Position numbers and translations under genes: made by a program. From Camelus ferus (lineage: Eukaryota): a DNA stretch of 64,000 nucleotides. The notes under the pieces are model-generated. The model worked only from the letters and a program-made list of their open reading frames with translations. It did no database searches and had not been told where the DNA came from. The stretch covers positions 117,182,001 to 117,246,000 of the forward strand of contig NC_045696.1 in the NCBI RefSeq assembly GCF_009834535.1. The letters are read 5' to 3'. This document shows, one piece after another, positions 23,761 to 36,589 of the stretch. Numbering within the stretch: position 1 is the first letter of the stretch; each line of letters begins with the position of its first letter.

Positions 23761-25194
23761 AAAAATCTAAACAGCAAGACCCTGTTCATGTAGAAGATAA
23801 GAAACTAAGTCTGAAGAAATCATGTCGGGGGGCTTAAAAGGGCACCCATTAGGCCTATGCTTTGTAAGAATATTTTTCTTCTTAGAGAGACTACATTCTT
23901 TTTTTCCCTTTCGTATTTCAGCAGGAAGTAGATTTCTTCGACTATCCAGCTGAAGCAAACTATCTCCTCTTTGTCTTTTTCATATTCACTTGAATACATT
24001 TTATCACATGGCACTGGTTTTATGAGAGGGGTTTCCTCCTTGTTTTAAGCATTTGGACGGTCCTTTCTTCTGGAAGATTTCTTCTCCCTAAGGTTTTCTA
24101 TTTTGTTGTTTTTAGGATGTTGGCCCCCATTTGAATTAGTTTCTCCTCCACTCCATTTTCTTTCTTCTCTTTATCCTTTGAATTTCTTCTGAGCCTTACA
24201 CTCTCTACTTTTATAGTACTCAAGCCATACTGGAGAAATTGGATTCCCAGCAATTTGCTTCACAGGCACCGAGGTGGAGGGATGACAAAGGGAGAAGAAA
24301 ACCTTGCACTGAAATGTTGGATTCTCATTTCTGTTTGGCTCTGTGTATATGATTTCAACTCATATTTGACCATAGTGAAAATCATCATATAAATCAGCCT
24401 GGCCAGCCAAGCTACAACTATATTTAGCATAAGAGAATGCATTTTTAAAAACTTAATAGCTTTTACCATGAGATTCACCCATCTTTAGGGTAGCCAAAGA
24501 GTCGATAAGCTCTTAAAAATCTGCAGAGGTCTTTCTTTACAAGATATTTTAGAAAATAGATACTTGTTGAATGGCAGTATCACTTTCCATTCCTTGCTTC
24601 GGGAAGAAATGGGAAGCTCTGGGGGGTGGCTGTAACTTTTATAATAAAACAGAGGTAGCTCTAAAGAAACTTCACAACAACCACAGATGATGAAACAGAT
24701 TTTTTTTAGAATAGACATTAATTTAAAGGTTGATATCAAACTTACATCAACTGTAAACTTAATTTCTACACCCTTCCAAATACCCTTTTTACAACCACTG
24801 AATGAAAGTGAATTTTTTTCCATTTATCTTGCCCCCAACCTATAAAACATTAAAATATGGTGAAAAGAAGACTTACAAGTTTTACCACTTCATAGACCAA
24901 CATTTCTGATTTGGAAAAGAGAGCGACAATCATTCCTCCCTGAAATACTGAGGTGAGCTATGGTGATGTGGATTAAAGGCTAGGTCAACCACAGAACTTT
25001 CTTGTCTTTTTCTTGGTGACATAATTCAGACATTCTTTCAACAAATGTTTGTTGATTTATTAAGTATCTTCAAGATGTGAAGCATTCAGATCCTGCAACA
25101 ATGTTTTTAACTGAGACACTGTCTTGATAAGTGACAGAATGTCCAACCCCCAAATCTATGTGTGTGTGTGTGTATGTGTGGACCTACATACTTT

Positions 25195-25760
25195 TACCTC
25201 CAACTGCCTGCTAGAAATCTTCAACTGGATATTCCAAAGTCATTCCAGTGACAACTCCAAAGGTACAAAATATCCATAATCTCTCTAAAACTGGCTCCCT
25301 TTTTTCCATCCCCTACTTGGAGAAACATAGCTATATGATCTAGAAATTTGTCTAATTTAGTGATAGTAGTCAAGACCCAGTCTACAAATTTAATAGTTAT
25401 CTTGAACCCCCTTGCATAAATCAAAGAACCACCAATCAATGAGTCCTCAAGTCTGACCCATACTGCTTCAGAAATACCTCTTCCCTCTCAATTTCACTAC
25501 CTTTAGTTCCGAAATTTATTATTTCTACCTAGCAAGGTAAGCAGTCTGACACTTTCCCAATTCATTTTCCACAAGGTCACTTAAATTTTTACTGAAAAAA
25601 TTAATCTTACATGTCATTATGCTTCAAACCCTTATGACGTCCCCATCTCTGACAGGATAAAGTTCCAGCTACTCAGCATGAGAACAAGGTCCCCTATGAC
25701 CTTGTCCCCTGGGGTTCTCCCCTTTTGTCCCCAACACACATCCATCCTCAAGTTGATTCC
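25195..25760 (+). mobile_element. L2 fragment
   Basis: TCCAACTGCCTGCTAGAAATCTTC...CAGGATAAAGTTCCA...CTCAGCATG...CAAGGTCCC. Confidence 0.65.
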
Positions 25761-25879
25761 ACCACACTTAACTTGATTTCAAGCTTGGAAATAAGACTCT
25801 CACATATTTCTGTAACTATGAGTGTAATTATTATTATTATTATTTTTTACAAATGAATCTCTATGGGCCCCAAACTACT

Positions 25880-26020
25880 CCTGTATTATTAAGTGTAGCT
25901 AACAAAGTTAAATACTTTATGTGGATGTTGTGAAGATTAAAGTAAGCTAGTACAAGAAAAGTACTTGGACAGGCTATGTCACATGGTAAGTTTGCAACAA
26001 AAACTAGCTATGCTTGTTGT
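25880..26020 (+). mobile_element. MIR 3' part
   Basis: GATGTTGTGAAGATTAAA...AAAGTACTTGGACAG...CACATGGTAAG. Confidence 0.6.
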
Positions 26021-26049
26021 TATGATGCGAGCACTGCTTCTAGTCCAGG

Positions 26050-26337
26050 AAGCTTTTGTTCCTCTCATTCCTAAAGACCATCCTCTCTGGGAAGCTCTCT
26101 GTGACTTGGCAGACAGAGTCACTACTTCCCTATATACCTACAGTCCTTTGTTCATTTATCTAATGGAGACTTACCTGATTTAAAATTATATATTGGTTTG
26201 AGTGTGTGTTTCTTCCATTAAAATTTAATATATGAAGGGCAGACACAAGGTCTTATCCCTTTTTAGACACCCCTCAGAAAGCTAGCCAAGTGCCAGCCAT
26301 TTAGCATGGGCACAATAAAAGATTGTTGATTGAATGC
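26050..26337 (+). mobile_element. L2 3' end
   Basis: TGAAGGGCAGACAC...CAATAAAAGATTGTTGATTGAATG tail. Confidence 0.7.
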
Positions 26338-27400
26338 AAGAAATATGCAACATGACATTGGAAAACCAAGAGACTTCTCTGTGATCCATCTAAGAACCTA
26401 AGGGGTCTTTAGAAATTTAAAAAAATCCTAGCTATCTATTTCTACCTCAAATAGATTTTATTCTAGGATGTTGAACAGTGTAAAGCTTTGTTCTTGGGCA
26501 TCTTTCTCAAGCTGAGAGGGGCTGTTGGTCCAGTCCATTGTTTTCCATATTATACTTTTGAGAAAAATAGAATGGGTGGGGCAGAAATATTTTATCTTGC
26601 CCTATCTTACATATATTTTCTGAGTTTGATGGATAGTATATCTCTGCTGGTAAAATTCAGAAAACATTTCATTCATTTACTGTGATTCATGCCAGAGACC
26701 TGCCAAAAGAGTATAGATATGAATCAAAAAATGTTGTGATTCATTTTTCCCCATATAGAAGTAATTATCTATGCCAATGAGATTCTCCCAAAGGGACAAC
26801 ATGATATTTAAAACAGGAGAATTTATAGCTCTCACACATATTTGCATCTTTTTAAAAGTTGATAATATTTTGAAAAGAATTGTGTGGAATATATGGATGC
26901 CCTCAGGCCTAGGGAGTCCCAGTGAATCTTGCCATATATCACATGCTGTGGAGAACGCCAACTTGTCTGGAAGTCCTGAGCTCGATCAAGGGGTACGGAA
27001 TATTAACTTCTTGAAGGGGTAGTCCTTACGAGCACATACAAAGGCGCTGACACCCTAGGCCTCCTCCAGGACCTTTTCTCAAGTGCATTTTTGTACTTCC
27101 CCAGGGTCAGAGGGAAGGAGGATTCAGGCAGAATGATTGATGATTTGGGAACCATTGAATGAGAACTGCGTCACTCTTTCTCCCCTTGGCAGTCAACACT
27201 GAACCTGGTTTTCTGTCTTCTGTAACCCATGAAAATAAGACTTTCTAAGTTTCAGTAGAGGCTGCTGAATAGCTTCCTTCAGAAACCACAGCTGACTTGC
27301 CCAAATAAGAACCAGAAGAGGCATGTGCTAGATCATGAGGGCTCATAATTTACATAGATTTTTTTCACAGTTGAACACTAAGATGAAAACGGGTGATTTA

Positions 27401-27472
27401 TATGCTGTGCACCAGAAATAGACCCATTGTAAACTGACTTTACTTCAATTTAAAAAATTAGTTAAAAAAATA
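27401..27472 (+). mobile_element. Ultra-short L1 3' stub with 15-bp TSD
   Basis: TATGCTGTGCACCAGAAAT...CATTGTAAACTGACT..ACTTCAAT plus A-rich tail; flanks AAAACGGGTGATTTA (27386-27400) and AAAATGGGTGATTTA (27473-27487). Confidence 0.88.
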
Positions 27473-27678
27473 AAAATGGGTGATTTAAACACTGGCCCAC
27501 TCAAGGTAGCTTTTACTATGTCACTTGGGTCAGAAAATGGTTCCATTCCAGCTGTTTGGGGAGGTTTTAATTAGTTCAATTCTTAGGCCCTTCCACCTCT
27601 CCCTCTCTAGCCAAAGGACCCCAAATTTGAAGGGCTTGTCAAGTAATTATCAGTTTATTTCAACAAGGTTCTGTATCT

Positions 27679-27822
27679 TAGTGCTTCTCAAATTTGAATA
27701 TGCAGGTAAATCTGTGAATCTTTGTTGAAAGATTCAACAGATTTGAGTTGGGGTCTGTATCCTTAACAAGCTCCCAGGTACTGCTCCTGGTCTACAGATC
27801 AAACCTTGAGTTTCAATGGTCT
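27679..27822. mobile_element. MER5-family hAT-Charlie DNA transposon
   Basis: TAGTGCTTCTCAAATTTGA...TTAACAAGCTCCCAGGT...CCTTGAG. Confidence 0.7.
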
Positions 27823-28139
27823 AGATGCAACCTTATACCTGGGCAGATCCTTTATGCATCTTGGAGTTCCTCAACCATGCCATATGCAGGAAAAATTAGA
27901 GAGTTTAGGACAGTAGAGTAGGGCAACATTTTGAAAAGAAAAAAGTCCTTTGAAAATCATTTAGAATTGGAGGGGCTCAGAACTGAGAGATAATGTGTCT
28001 TCTGGTCTCTTTATTTTATAGATGAACAAAGGCCTAGGGCTGCCCATATTTTTAGCATTTTTCAGCATCACCTCAGCACTTCAAGAATAAGGAAAGGGTT
28101 TATTAGAAGCTTAATTTTACATTTCTCAAACTGAAGTCC

Positions 28140-28612
28140 ATGCTGGTGCTATAATGGGGTGATCTTTAAACTCCTTAGGACAATCCAAGTGATGTGCTAA
28201 CCACCCATTTGCTGGGGGCCTGCAGAGACTGCTGTTGGGGTCTCATCCAGTTCCTTTTCCCCTGTTGCTCTGAGTGTAGGCTGATGGAATGTCTCTGGGT
28301 CAAGTGGGAACTTCCTGGCCTGGGAGGCCACCAACCCCTATCCCCCATCCCCACCCCCTCCACCCCCAGACCTAGACAGATGACTAGATCACCCTGGGAT
28401 ACCAAGCACCCGCTTCAAGGAGGGCTCAACTCTGTAGCATGACTCCTGCTCCAGGGTGCCCTCTTTGGTCAGGCTGGGGATCTCCATCTGAGGTCACCCC
28501 CTAGCTTGGTCCCTTCTGCTGACACACCTGCTTCCTTCACTCCCCTAATCTGACAGCACTTCCCGAATAAATCACTTAGATGCAGAGCCTCCAAGGAGCT
28601 GATCTAAATAGG
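28140..28612 (+). mobile_element. Old ERVL-type LTR fragment (LTR16-like)
   Basis: GC-richer block ending CACTTCCCGAATAAATCACTT...GATCTAAATA. Confidence 0.4.
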
Positions 28613-29749
28613 TTATGTCATGACTCTTCTCTACCAAAATCAAGAAAGTGGCATTTAATTCTGAGAAATGTCATTGGGTTCTGGAAAGAAAAGGAAAGGG
28701 AAGGGAAGGGAAGAAAAGGAGAGGAAAGGAAAAGAAAAAAACAAGACTCATCTAAATGACAGAAAATGACCCTGTGGTATGGTGGTAATAACTGTTTCTT
28801 CACTTACCCTCACTCTATTTGTAGTTTAGAATAGAGTAACTTGCTCAACGTAGCAGAAGGAATTATCGATGCTGATTTTTTGCTAAAGTCAGATGTGATG
28901 TGATCGCTCCCCTACTAGGAGTATCGGCTAGGAAAGCTGATGCTATCACGGCTTCAGCCAGAGCCACAGTCATGTCTGTTCCCCTTGTGAAATCGGCGAA
29001 AAGCCAACCCTCATGTGAGCAGGGCTCAGCATGGACTGTCCAGGTTCATAGAGATGAGCTGAGTTCCTATCGCCAAGTTGAGGCAATCACCTCCTTTCTT
29101 TATCTTGTCTTTGAATGAATAGGGGAGTTAGAGCTAAAATGTTGTTCAAGGAGGTATATAAATAAGTTGGCATAATTAGGTGTCATAATTAGGTGCCCAT
29201 TGCTGTTCCAGACACATTTACATAATTGTCAGTGTGGCAATGAAAATAATTGTTTGCCAGGATTGCTTCTGTTAAGGCTGATAGTTCCTTACTAGTATAG
29301 TTTCTTCTAAGTGGTTGTTTAGAAAATATTTTTAAACTCTGATGGTGGAGTCATTGTACACAGACTTAAATATTGGTTCATTTTTCAGAAATAAAACAAA
29401 AGGCAAATAACTCATATTCACCCAGAAGTGGAAACCTTAGCCATAAGCAGAAATGAGCAAAATGAAAGTTTTTACACAAATATATATGTACTATACATGC
29501 ACGTGAAGAACTGTATACATATATTTAAACAAAGTTTGCTCTAAATTTCAACTTTCAAAGTCTAGAACTCTCGAGCATTAAATTGCACTCCTTATTAATG
29601 AGTAACTGTCCAAGTTCAGCTGAAATACAGAGTTGAAAAGAAACTCGCATGCTTCTGTCTGAGAAAGGAAGGTAGGGCAGAGATGTGCTTGTGGCTCAGA
29701 GTCCTTTATCAATCGCCTGTCTTGGAGTCTAGACTTTCTGAAATACTCT

Positions 29750-29858
29750 CTGTAGTACTTTTTCTCCAGACGTCCCTCATGCCCTTCAAGTCTTTGCTCA
29801 GTTATCACCTTCTCAGAAGGTCCTTGTTTGGCCACCCGTTTTAATAATTGTGCCCCCT

Positions 29859-29892
<34 letters not shown>

Positions 29893-30037
29893 CTTGCCTT
29901 GCTTTACTTTTGTCTGTTCTCCACAGCGCTAATCACCTTCTAAGAGTCTAGATGATTTACTGTTTCACCATGCTTACCGCTTATCATCTGTCTCTCCACT
30001 CTAGAAAGTTAAGTTTTACGGGTCAGAGATCACTGCC
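29750..30037 (+). mobile_element. L2a 3' fragment containing (CA)15
   Basis: CCTTCAAGTCTTTGCTCAG..ATCACCTTCTCAG..GG.CCT; (CA)n at 29862-29891. Confidence 0.75.
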
Positions 30038-30097
30038 TTAAAAACAAACAAAACAAAACCAACAAATGAAAAACTATGGTAAAACACAACTAAAAGG

Positions 30098-30790
30098 GTC
30101 ATTTGTCTTCACTGTTTTAGATTCTACATATAAGTCACATCATGTGATATTTGTCTCTGTCTGACTTAACTTCACTTAGTATGATCATCTCCAGGTCCAT
30201 CCATGTTGCTGCAAATGACATTATTTCATTTTTTTTACAGTTGAATATTTCATTGTGTGTATGTGTGCGGTATGTAAATATATATATACCACAACTTCTT
30301 TAGCCAGTCATCTGTTGATGGACATTTAGGTTGTTTCCATGTCTTGGTTGTTGTAAATAGTGCTGCTATGAACATTGTATCTTTTCGAATTAGAGTTCCC
30401 TCCAGATATATTCCCAGGAGTGGGATTGCTGGATCATAGGGTAACTCTTATTTACAAAACAGAAACAGACTCACAGACATAGAAAACAAATTTATGGTTA
30501 CCAAAAGGGGAAAGTGGGGAAGGGGTAAATCAGAATTTTGGGATTATCAGATACAAACTACTAATACATAAAATAGATAAAGAACAAGGTCCTACTGTAT
30601 AGCACAGAGAGCTATATTCAGAATTGTTTAATAACATATAATGAAAAAATACATACACATATATGTATGTATGACTGAATCTCTGTGCTATATACCAGAA
30701 AAACAACATCATAAATCAACTATAGTTCAATAAAAACAAAGACAAACAAAAACCAAAAAAAAAAAAAAAAAAAAAAACCAAAACAAAACA
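30098..30790 (+). mobile_element. L1 with 5' inversion (twin priming) and 12-bp TSD
   Basis: About 30099-30447 is antisense L1 ORF2 end; about 30448-30790 is sense 3' UTR plus A-tail; ACAACTAAAAGG at 30086-30097 and 30791-30802. Confidence 0.92.
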
Positions 30791-30802
30791 ACAACTAAAA
30801 GG

Positions 30803-31200
30803 AATTTGTTGGTTCACATATAAGTTGTAATAGTCGATTGCAGCCACGGCTGTGACCAGGGGTTCACATACTATCCTGCAACCATCCTGTTTCTTTCTTC
30901 ATCTTTCTGCTTTACTTTCCCCCTTCATTCTAAGGCAGATTCTTCCATGCAGTGGCATCTCTAGCAACTCCAGGTTGCTTTCTACCAGCTGAGAAGGAGC
31001 AAAGTAAAGAGGATGCCACCCTTTCAATAGTTCCAACACAAGACTGAAGACTGGTTTTCAGTGTCCACTCCTGATCCAATCATGTGTCACATACACTCCG
31101 GACCCACGCCCATGCCCGAGGCTGGGAGTAAGCTACCCTCCACCTGGACCACGAGGTCTGGGATTGAGAGTAGCTCAATTTCCCAAATGGAAAATCAAGG
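30803..31200 (-). mobile_element. Old MLT1-type LTR
   Basis: AAGGAATTTGTTGGTTCACAT...GCAACTCCAGG...CCACTCCTGATCCAATCA antisense MLT1K/L-like pattern. Confidence 0.5.
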
Positions 31201-31549
31201 TTATACAAGACTTTTGAATTTGTCATTTATACTCCTCTACTGAAAACATCAGTAATTTGTAATTTAAATATTTCAGGATATTTTGATGCTGAGTTTTGAT
31301 GCTTGTCCCTTAGGAATGATCATATGGGTCTCTGAATGCCCTGATACACATTTCCTTCCCGACTGAACAAATTATGACAGCCATGAAGAATTCACACCAT
31401 CGTTTCCAATAGAACTGAGTTCTAACCCATCTTCCAGGCCACAGACTGACTTCAAGGTGCTTCAAATTATTCTCAAGGATTTGCCTGAAACTTACTCCTG
31501 ATTCCACAGCTGCCAGACCTAGAACTTCCCCGGCACTTAACTCCATCAC

Positions 31550-31810
31550 ATGAATAATCTTTGTGTTACAAAAGCTGTTCCTTCTATTAAGTAAAATGGG
31601 TGTAGCTCTTTCCTTCTGACTGTCCTGTTCTACTACAAGTAATACTTAATGCCTCTCCTGCTTATAAAATTATTTAACCTTTAGGTAGACAGTTATGTCT
31701 CCCCTCAGCCTCCTTCGACTGGAATAAATATCCCATGTTCTTAGCTTCCCCTCACAGGTCTTGTTTTCCAAATCTTTTATCATTTTTTGTTGGTCTCCTC
31801 TGAGCTACCT
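31550..31810 (-). mobile_element. CR1/L3 LINE fragment
   Basis: GACAGTTATGTCTCCCCTCAGCCTCCTT...CTGGAATAAATATCCCA...TTTTATCATTTTTTGTTG.TCTCCTCTG, antisense CR1 RT end. Confidence 0.7.
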
Positions 31811-33569
31811 AGAGCCCAAGGTCTTTAAAAATACGGTGTCTCCTATCCTCACCTGAGCAGAACCATTTTCCCACAGAGCAGAATTAATTGTTTTGTCAAA
31901 GGAAATTTTTTTTGGGGGGGTAGCCATTGGATAAAGCCTCTTTTCTCACCCACAGGTGGGTTACTTGATTGCTTAACTGGTATTCCCCGGTTTTACAACC
32001 ATTTGGAAATTTACCAATGTCATCATCAAACCCCTGCACAGATGCACAAAAACAGAATGAAGCAATTATTTAGAAGAACATAAAACTAATTGTTAGGGAA
32101 AAAAAAAAAAAAAAAAACCAAAACAGCAGCCCTCCAAGTCAATCCAGTTGTTAACCCTGACCTGCTTTCAGCAGGAAGTTTGCATGTAAAGATGAGCGTA
32201 GAATCTGCAGGTGTGAACACCACTTGATACAGAATTTAGATTAAAAGGAATTCAACATAAGCTATGTGTTTTGCTGCTTGACTCTGTTCATTAAAAAAAA
32301 AAATTCTTCCATTATATATCAGCAGGCCTTTCAGAAAATGTGAATATACACGCTTTTCAAAACCACAATAGACACCGACGTATTAGAAAATTGCACAAGG
32401 GAGAAAAAATCCCAGCTGACACCCAATCATGAGTCAGAGGAGTCTACCTGTCACTTGATAATTAATGTGCTGATTATATTTTCATTGTTACAGATATGCC
32501 ACAATGTTATATAGTTTCCTTGTGAAAAGATGTCATTGAAGACACAGCACACTCCAGAATGCATGCATAACACCATTATCCTTTCTAAGAGCGTGATGCA
32601 ACACAGTGATTACACAAACACACACATTCTGGAACATACTGTTAGACCGAACAACCAGGCTTCTTTAATGAAACTTCAAACCTTGGTGTGATATCAATCT
32701 GCCAAAGAAAGTAGTCCCTTTGCAGGGGATGTAAGCAAACTCAGCTGCTTCTCGTTTAAACTTCCAGTTTCCTGTTCCATAATCAATCAAGCTGCTGCGA
32801 TTATCTATGTGACAGATGTTAAACGGAGAGATGTTTAATTCTCCCAAGGTGTTATTATATACTTATTTTATGTTCATTTGTTTTCGCTCATTTAAATGCT
32901 TCATTGAAATGAAATTTCCTCGATGGCTGTCTTGGGTTGTGAGAACTCCACATCTCCTTCCTAAAGAAGCCTTCCCCAAACTAAAAAAAAAAAAAAAAAG
33001 GAGAGAGCGAGAGCATTTTACCATCGTATAAAAGTAAATCCTTTTTGCTTTGTGCCTGCTTTTCTAGATAATGATTACATCCACCTTTCCCAAGAAGTTC
33101 TGCCAATATAAGGTCCGTGAGATAATCTGTGACCAAAGGGTCCTCGGATCAAACGTGGCTGGAAGCCCTGTGCGGTTGTAGGTCCCTCTTGGAGGATGCA
33201 CATATGTACAGACAACTAGTAAGGGCTTTGAAAAGTCCCAGACTAAAGAAACCTGTTTGAGGCAGTACTCCCAAACATTTTCCGACTCTACCTGCTTTTA
33301 CTCCCACGCAGCTCCTATTGAAGTTTCTGGGAAACCACTTGGAATGCTGTAGGGTATTGGTTTGCAACAAGATTCCATCCAGTGATACTTTCTCTGTCCA
33401 TTTTCAGATAGAGTCTTCTATGTCTGAGGAAGTGGATCAGGGGTGTTTCCTTAATTTATGGACTTGTGTAAAAACGGAAAACAGATAAGATGGAAGGACA
33501 CTCACCTGAGCTTCGGAAATAGGAAGAGGCAGTGCCGGTGCTGATTTCTGGAGGGAAAAGCAGCCAATA

Positions 33570-33850
33570 CTTAGTTATTAAACACCTGCTATATTTTAGG
33601 CACCCTTTCATATTCGATGTACATACATTCGTTTATTCATTCAACAAACATTTATGGAGAGACTATTATTCTAGGAGCTGGGAATCAGTCCCAAGTAAGA
33701 TAAATTCCCCATTCTGAAAATACTCAGATGATCATGTTGAATCTTCAAGAGCTAAGAACTTGTATCTTCACTCTACAGATGAGAAAATTGAAGCTCACAG
33801 ACTTCAAAGAAATTGCCTGAGGTCACAGAGATGGCAAGATGTCTGGAAAC
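33570..33850 (-). mobile_element. MIR with an L2 tail fragment
   Basis: ATTCATTCAACAAACATTTAT (L2 tail) and TACAGATGAGAAAATTGAAGCTCA...TTGCCTGAGGTCACA (MIR core). Confidence 0.7.
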
Positions 33851-34569
33851 TCACAGCAGAGCCCCTCCCGAGGCTCCCATCCAGGTCAGACCTGGGTGCT
33901 GGGCTTTGCTGCTGGGGAGATCTGTCTGCAGAGACCCAGAGGAGATGAGCTCAGGGGATGCGAACTGGGAGACAGTTCATCAAAGGTATTGTCCTCCAGA
34001 TACTTTATGACCTGTTACACACCTTCCTTACCAATCGCTTATAATAATAAGAGTCAAGCCTGAAGACATATTTATGCAGGTAAATAACACTCCTTTCCTT
34101 TCAAGGCACTTTTGCATCAGCATTCTTAGTAAATGCTTTCATTCTTGGTTTCCAACCTAACTTTATGGGGAAACTTAATCTATATATTTACAAATCACTC
34201 CCTGACAGTGAGCCTCAAACCCATCCTTAAGTTTGCATAACCTCTCATTCTGCCTCTAACAGCCAAGAATATGCAGTATTCAGATGTTCTTCTGCGCCCC
34301 GATGGCTCTCATGCAGGATAGGTGTGAAGTCTAGGTCTGAAGCTCTGCTTTTCTACTTACTTAGAGAGTACGAAAAAGTCAGACAGCTTTTCCCTCCCCT
34401 CCCAGTCCCCACTGCTTCCTTGTGTGAATGATGCTCTTTCCAAAGTGGCTCTCAGGAAGGGATTTCAAAGGTGCTCAGGCAGCACAGACTCCTTTCTAGG
34501 GTCTCGGCTCTCACGGGCGATGTGTCCTCCCCACCCTCTCTGGGTTTTGTTGAGGAAACGGTCTTTCAG

Positions 34570-35047
34570 CACCTGTAGAGGGCTCTCCCGGGGAATCTCT
34601 CCACATCCTCGGCTTTAACACCAGCCTGGATGCTGTTGACTCCTGAGTTTCCGGGCCGGCATTTCTTTCTGAACCCCAAACCCCTTGTGTCGAGCAGCTG
34701 ACCTGGCATTGTCATCTAGATGTCACGCAGGCACCCCAAACCGGCTCCTGCTCAGCCGTCCCTGCCTGAGGGCCACTCTGTGACTTGGCCACTGTCTCAG
34801 TCTTGCCTTTGCCAGGAGGGGAAGCTGTGTGAATACCTACAGCTCTGTCTGTTCGGATCATGACATTTCATCATCCTCTATGTCATTAGTGTGCTTGTGG
34901 TTTTTCCAATGGTTCCGTTTTCAGTCAGTGAGCATTTTGACGACAGCTACAAAGTCTTACCTGCCTTCACGTTCCCGAAACTTAGCAAGTGCCAGACGCA
35001 CTGAGTGTCAAGTGAATAACTGCCTGCATGAATGTATAAATAAATAA
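34570..35047 (+). mobile_element. L2 fragments ending in the 3' tail
   Basis: GGCTTTAACACCA...TGCTGTTGACTCC...; tail TTAGCAAGTGCCAGACGCA...TGAATG. Confidence 0.55.
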
Positions 35048-35192
35048 AGTGGGAATAAAGGTAAAAAAATGACTGATAATCACTATGAGCTCCATCTATT
35101 TGATAAGAACATTTATCTTTTAAGAGACTTATAAAGTAGTAACACCCTACCAGTATCTTTCTTCTCTTTGTTCAGCAATAGTTTCAAACATC

Positions 35193-35287
35193 TTTTTTGT
35201 TTTTTTCTGGTTAGCGGAGGTACTGGGGATTGAACCCAGGATGTCAGGCATGCCAAGCACGCGCTCTACCACTGAGCCATACCTCCC
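35193..35287 (-). mobile_element. tRNA-derived SINE (camelid Vic-1-like)
   Basis: Reverse strand GGGAGGTATGGCTCAGTGGTAGAGCGCGTGCTTGGCATG...GGGTTCAATCCCCAGTACCTCC plus A-tail; A and B boxes present. Confidence 0.88.
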
Positions 35288-36204
35288 ACTCCCCCATAGG
35301 TCTTTATATCTAAAACACAATAAAGAATGTGGGAATTTGTCTAGTAAGAAAAAAATGGTTTTAAGCCAATACTTATGATGTTTAAGACTCTGATTTTTTT
35401 AGGCAGTTGTAAGTTTTCATATCCCAGATGAAGAGGCAAAGATGCAGATGTTCAGGCTTATTCATGCATTTGTTCATTTTCTGTTACCTAGTCACAGGGT
35501 AGTTTGGGCTTGACATTAGAGACGAGGAAAGGCAGGATGGTGGGAGAACATTTCTCTAAGTTCAGCAGCCATCCCGCGCGCACCTTTGGGTCTAGAATTG
35601 CTTGACCCAACGCTTCCTGTGTTCCCTTTAGCTTACTGGCTTCCGTTGACTTTAGAGAACACAGAGTCTATGGCTGTTCATCAAGTCCATACAAAAATAA
35701 TTCTGGGATGATAAGAAAGGGTCCCTGTATTTGAGCTTCACTTGACTTGTCCTCCAAGGCAGATGCTTATCTGCATCTTAAACACGCTAATGTCCACAAA
35801 GAACCCCCTTCTTCTTAGAACAGAGTGATGAGGCTGTAGCCAAATTTCCCAAGTTTATCCATATGTCAATGGAAAAAATCACAATCCTTCTGTTCCTTAA
35901 GATATTATCTGTCTTCTTACAATCCATTCAGTACACAAACAGGGGGCTTCCACAACGTCTCCTGTGATGCTGTCCATACTTGCCTTTCTGACAATGGAAA
36001 AAGAACTCAGTATCTTACTTCGCTTTTTAAACATAAGAGCTTCGGAAAGCTCTTATGTTTAAATGACAGCCTATCCGCTGCATAAAATGGAAAACATCAT
36101 GCAAGTTATTTAAAAATGGGGACAGGGATCGTCCACTCTAGAGAAGAAGCATGTTTTCTCTGATAGTAGGGAGCGTAATGTATAAATGGGCTTTGGCTTC
36201 ATAA

Positions 36205-36440
36205 ATAATAATAGCAAACACACAGTGGCATCTCTTAGGTGCCAAGTTCTCTAAATGTGTTACATAAATTAACACATTTCACCTTGACAACCACCTTCTG
36301 AAGTAGGTACTATTCGTTAGCCCTTTTATAGTTGAGACTGACCACTGGACTTGTGCTCAGGACCAAGAGCACACAGGTGGCAGGACCAGAATTTTGAGCC
36401 CAGCAGTCAGATTCCAAAGTCTGTGCTCTTACTCTAAACC
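36205..36440 (-). mobile_element. MIR SINE
   Basis: ATAATAGC...GTGCCAAG...GAAGTAGGTACTATT...TTTGAGCCCAG..GTCAGATTCCAAAG. Confidence 0.75.
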
Positions 36441-36589
36441 AATCCAGTCACAACCTGGGCCAACGAAACCCTGGAAAACCTTAGTTTACCAGGTACAGGG
36501 TTATGTAGGAATTAAATGAGTGTTGAATGAAAAACCCTTTGGGGAATTCCAGGCATCAGGTGAGATCCCCTTAAATGTAGCCACTAAAT

